From positions 164,920,001 through 164,984,000 of the forward strand of contig OX597816.1 of NCBI GenBank assembly GCA_951406725.2: a stretch of DNA of 64,000 nt. The letters are read 5' to 3'. A program made the position numbers and the translations under genes. The notes below the pieces were generated by a model, which did not search any database, was not told the DNA's origin, and worked only from the letters and a program-made list of their open reading frames with translations. Below are positions 59,076-64,000 of this stretch, one piece after another (within the stretch, counting starts at the first letter, position 1; each line of letters begins with the position of its first letter). This DNA is from Octopus vulgaris. Lineage: Eukaryota.

Positions 59076-59164
59076 GGAGAGTTTACGAAAAAAACAAAAG
59101 ACGAAGACAGGTGGTGTACAAAACAAACAGATGTATTAGTATAACGCTCAGGAATAGAAAAAGT

Positions 59165-59200
59165 ATTTTACGTTTCGAGCGTACGCTCTTCTACAGAAAG
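59165..59200 (-). ncRNA. Minimal hammerhead-like motif, A6U core (CUGUAGA)
   Basis: ttt CUGUAGA a gagc-gtac-gctc GAAA c GUA aaa; relatives at 19181-19216 and 7302-7337. Confidence 0.4.
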
Positions 59201-59804
59201 GAACACAGAAAAAAACAAGGAGAGAAACAAGGAGAGAAATAAAATGTGTGTTGTGGCTAACGATCTATCATGGCGACATTTACCCTCTGGCTGCACCTCG
59301 CCTACCTACGGATCACTGTGGACTCTAGTCTTGATAAATAGCTAGATAGATAGACAGATATCAAAGTATGTCATATTATTTATCTATTTCAGCCGATCTA
59401 ATGAATCGATTGTCCACCGGGTATTAAATAAAACACGTGCTTTTCGGAGATAGCACATCCGAAAAAAATATGGCGACTTCTCTCTGGCTGAAAGATTTTT
59501 GCCACATTTTTCCGGCGAGGGTGACATGACCTTGTCACACGGATTCGTAGGAACTTGTGTTATTCCACACACACCTACGACATTACGGGTCTTTGTTCTG
59601 TTTGAACGCGGTTACGGCATAAGCCATGCTTCACCCAAAACGGCTGTCAGATAAGGCTATTACATAACTTAAGTTTATTTATATTTTGTACTTTGTACTT
59701 TATATTCCATGTAAATATAATTATAAAGCCTATTTCTATTTGCCTGCCTGTCTACTTAATGAGCACAAGAGAGGAAAATAAAAAGAAAATGGCGACTAAC
59801 TTAC

Positions 59805-59954
59805 CGGTAGAATGGGTACCCCATCCGGTAATAGTACACGTCTCACCCACAATGAAAGACTCGTTCTTGTAAAGGCAAATCGTATTGACGTACTTGCTAA
59901 TAACGACAGGTTCTTGCAGTTTCAATAATGCAATGTCATATTTGAGAGGTTTTA
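59805..59954 (-). CDS. S1 serine protease exon (catalytic Asp102)
   Basis: ccacag|ta KPLKYDIALLKLQEPVVISKYVNTICL...CTITGWGTHST g|gtaagt; phase 1 to phase 1. Confidence 0.93.
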
Positions 59955-61094
59955 CTGTGGTAGCCACGGCAGGAAATTTGAAAATAAAAAAAAAATACGA
60001 GAAAACGTAGATAAGTTATGAATAAAATTCGATAGGAAGAAATAAATAAATAAAGAAAGAAAGAAAGGAAAAGGGCATGGCTGTGTGGTTAAGAAGGCTG
60101 TTTGCAACCACGTAATTCTGTGTTCGATCCCACTACACGACACTGGACTAGTATCTTTTATTATAGTCTCTGGTTGATTAATATCCTGTTAATAGAATTT
60201 AGTGCGGCGAGCTGGCAGACTCATTAGCACCCCGGATAAAATGCCTAGCAGCATTTCGTCTGTCTACGTTCTGAGTTCAAATTCCATCGGGTAGGTTGAG
60301 TTTGCCCTTCATCTTTTTGGGGTCAATTAAAATAAGTATCAGTTGAATAGTGGGATAGATTTAATCAACTTGGCCCCTTCTCTAAAATTGCTCCCCCTTG
60401 TGCCACAATTTGAAGCGAACACTTTGTTAGTGGAATGTAAAACGATTGTCAAGTGATGTGAAGTGATAAGCACAGACACTCTCACACACACACACACACA
60501 TCACATGTATGTATGTATATATACGTGTGTGTGTATATATATATGTATGTATACTTGTGTGTATATATGTGAGTGTGTTTGTGTATGTATATATATGTGT
60601 CAGTGTGTGTGTGGGGGTGAGCATACATTTATGAGTGTGTATGTATATATGCATGTATAGTTGTGTGTATATGTATGTGAGTGTGTGTGTGTATGTATGT
60701 GTATGCATATATATATATGTGAATGTGTGGAGGTATATATATATATAAATATGTGCGTGCGTGTGTGAGTGCGTGTTTCCCTCAAATCGTACACACGACA
60801 CTAAACTCACTTATAAGTTATTAGTCGGCCCATGGTTATAGAAGAAGGCTCTTGCACAAGGTACTGCACAGTGAGACTGAACCCGATACCACATGGTTGT
60901 AAAGCAAACTTCATAACAACACAGTCATTCCCATCAAAAGTTTGTGTCAAAAAGACATTTAAGCTTAGAAATTAGTTTACGATTTGAAGATTTAATGTTT
61001 TTAATGAACCACCTGAAAATTTCGAAAAATATTAAGGAAATTTCTTTCAAGGAACGAGTTGAGTGAAAATTGTAAATTCAATGAAGATAGTACG

Positions 61095-61725
61095 AGATCA
61101 AATTCGAAGTCCACATTGCCTCGAGATCAACACTGTCTCGAGATCAACTTTGTCTCGAGACCAACTTTGTCTGAAAATCAACTTTTTCTCGAGATCAACT
61201 TAATCTTGAAATCAACTTTGTCTCTCGAGATCAACTTTGTCGCGAGATCAACTTTGTCTCGAAATCCCCTTTGTCTCTCGAGATCAACTTTGTCTCGAGG
61301 TCAACTTTTTCTCGAAATCAACTTTGTCTCGAAATCAACTTTGTCTCGAGATCAACTTTGTCTCAAGATCAACTTTGTCTCGAAATCAACTTTTTCTCAA
61401 GATCAACTTTGTCTGGAGATCAACTTTGTCTCTCAAGATCAACTCTGTCTGGAGATCAACTTTTTCTCGAGACCAACTTTATCTTGAGATCAACTTTGTC
61501 TTAAGATCCACTTTGTCTCGAAATAAATTTTGTCTCTCGAGATCAACTTTTTCTCGAGATCAACTTTGTCTGGAGATCAACTTTTTCTCGAGACCAACAT
61601 TGTCTGGAGATCAACATTGTCCCGAGATCAACTTTCTCTCGAGATCATCTTTGTCTTGAAATCAACTTTGTCTGAAAATCAACTTTTTCTCGAGATCAAT
61701 TTTGCCTTGTGGTCAACATTGCCAT
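61095..61725. repeat. Intronic minisatellite, ~17-bp unit ctcgagatcaactttgt (19-bp variants)
   Basis: More than 30 degenerate head-to-tail copies, with no unique spacers. Confidence 0.93.
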
Positions 61726-62285
61726 TCACCATTTCAAAATGGATTTTTTAAAATATCACTCCAGGGGCGGTGCATTGAGGAGACGTCATGGCCTTCGTGG
61801 GTGGTAGACTTAAATCACAACCACCCGGTTTGATACCCCACCTCTTACTTTGGTAGCCCTTAGCTGACCAACCACTTTTGTAAGCATTCAAGCTAAGCCA
61901 CCAGTTTAAAGATCCTTTCCACTTCTTTTCCCACCACTGTTGGATGCTCTTTAAAGTGTTATAGGCACGTATTTCCCCTTAACTGACTCAGAAAAATAAT
62001 CGGTTTTCTCTGTGAACGGATATTGCGAAAATGTTGATACTAAAAGGAAAGCGGCAAGCTATCAAAAATCGTTGATACGCCGGACGAAATGCTTAGCGGC
62101 ATAAATTTTGATTCCAAGTGCCACCACCTAGGTTGACCTCGCTTTTCGTAATTTTGGAGACGATAAAATAAAGTACCAGTAAAGTACGTTGGTGGATGTA
62201 ATCGACTTGCTCCCTTCCACAAAAATTGCTGGCCTTGTGCCAAAATTTAAAGGAATTAAATAGAAAACAGAAAAAGGAAACTTAC

Positions 62286-62419
62286 AAGTATAGTTTTCAT
62301 ATGTGATGATTTTTTCGATGGCTCTAATCTGTTCATAGCTTTCATTTTTCCTCAAGTCGTATTCACCAACTACAGCTGACCAATAATTGATATCATGAAG
62401 ATGGTCGAACACGAACTCC
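62286..62419 (-). CDS. S1 serine protease exon following the His57 exon
   Basis: tctggtag|g EFVFDHLHDINYWSAVVGEYDLRKNESYEQIRAIEKIITYENYT t|gtaagt; phase 2 to phase 1. Confidence 0.88.
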
Positions 62420-63288
62420 CTACCAGAAATGAAACAACAATAAGGTTAATCTAAAACCACGAGATAAACATAGAATTTTACGCGCTTAAATCTTGTTCAA
62501 GTATGAAAGATATTTTAACCGGTAAAGACCTTTGACTACATTTTGTCGTGAAGAAAAGTCTTTCTTTAGATCAAAACGCATTAAAACATCATAGTCAGTT
62601 TAGAGCACTTTCTATTGCATTGGTGAATGAATTTCGAACTCGTTATTTCTCTTCAGTACCAGACACCAACAAAGACAACACTGATTTGACAAGAAAACTT
62701 TGCTTCCTTTATCGTAAATTAGTCAGTAATATTGGTCTTAAGGTTGTATATAATTAGGCATACTTAATTTCCTTGGAACTAAGCTGGAACTAAAAAATTC
62801 TTTTTTACTTCCAGTTTTCTGTCACCATTATCCCAATCTCTGGTAACCATGGTATAAAATTGCGTGACAACCATTTTTTATATGTCAATTGATGTGGCAC
62901 TTGTGAAAGTAGGTACATCGTAATCGGAATGAAAAGTTTAATGGAGTTGTTTGGATGTAGATGATTTAGCACAGCTGACTGGACATTCAGCCTTGTTTTG
63001 GCAAGAGAACCTCTTGGCATTCGAGGCAAACACACACCCGCTCATAACCCACATACATGCATTCGCGCGCAGAAATATACACATGCAGATAGAAAGAGTG
63101 AGAGAGAGCGCAAGAAGGAGAGGCATTGCAATTTATAAACACGGTGTGGCTGTGTGGTAAAAATCTTGCCTGTAATCACATGGTTCCGAGTTCAATCGGC
63201 ACTTTGGGCAAGTGTCTTCTACTATAGCCTCGGGTCGACCGAAGCCTTGTGAGTAGATTTGGTGGACGGAAACTGAAAAGAAGCCCGT

Positions 63289-63347
<59 letters not shown>

Positions 63348-64000
63348 TTATGTGTGTGTGTGCTTGTCACTCTACCATCACTTGATATCCGATGTCGGTG
63401 TGTTTACGTCCCAGTAACTTAGCGGTTCGGTAAAAGAGACGGATAGAATAAATACTAGGCTTACAAAGAATAAGTCCTGGAGTTGATTTGTTCGACTAAA
63501 GGCTGTGCTCCAGCATGGCCGCAGTCAAATGAGTGAAACAAGTAAAAGAATAAAAGACAAAAACCCAGAGAAGATGACTCTGATATCCGGTGGCTCTGTG
63601 GTTAAGACGCTTGCTTCCCAGTCACATGGTTCTGGGTTCAGTCTCACTGCGTGGAACCTTGGCGAAGTGTTTTTTACTATATCCTCGGGCCGACCAAATG
63701 CTTGTAAGTGAATTTTGTAGACGGAAACTGAAAGAAGCCCGTCGTATATGTATGTATGTGTGCGCGCGCGAGCTCGTGTGCTTGCGAGTCTGTTTGTTCC
63801 CCACCATCGCTTAACAACTGGTGTTGGTGCATTTACGTCAACCGGTGTTGGTGTATAACTTAGCGACTCGGCCAAAGAGACCGATAGAATAACTACCAGG
63901 CTTTAAATATTAAGTACTGAAATCGATTCATTTGATTAAAAGTTCTTCAAAGCGATACCCCAGCATGGCCGTAGTCTAATGCCTAAAACAAGTAAAAGAT

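Noticed and set aside
61095-61725. CRISPR-like array
   Set aside because: Contiguous degenerate units without unique spacers, no cas genes, and a eukaryotic intron.
62420-64000. His57 (TAAHC) exon of the protease
   Set aside because: No such motif found on the minus strand; the region is intron and SINEs, so the exon is presumably outside the window.

Overview
Eukaryotic, AT-rich, extremely microsatellite-rich animal DNA; the SINE families and repeat style suggest a coleoid cephalopod such as Octopus (inferred, not proven). Nearly all ORF-track entries are microsatellite translations or antisense ORFs of transposons. The only host gene I can support is the 3' part of a minus-strand trypsin-like S1 serine protease: four phase-consistent GT-AG exons (62419->55628) carrying Asp102 and GDSGGP, with the His57 exon probably beyond the right edge. 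The rest is nested mobile DNA: a Tx1/L1-clade LINE, a full-length RTE LINE with an 11-bp TSD, (TAA)n-targeted R4/Dong-like LINEs, CR1 fragments, an ORF1-only (HAL1-like) element, Tc1 and maT transposons, a MITE, at least four tRNA-derived SINE families and many Penelope-like (PLE) remnants. The main observation is a dense, diverse set of about 13 recognisable type I hammerhead-ribozyme (HHR) motifs plus several decayed ones. Most lie in short PLE pseudo-LTR-like inserts beside (TA)n tracts, often with inverted duplications. They include canonical cores, U3-A8 compensatory cores, U4C and A6U variants and palindromic (dimer-type) stem IIIs, with base-pair covariation between copies. All folds were worked out by eye and are untested.
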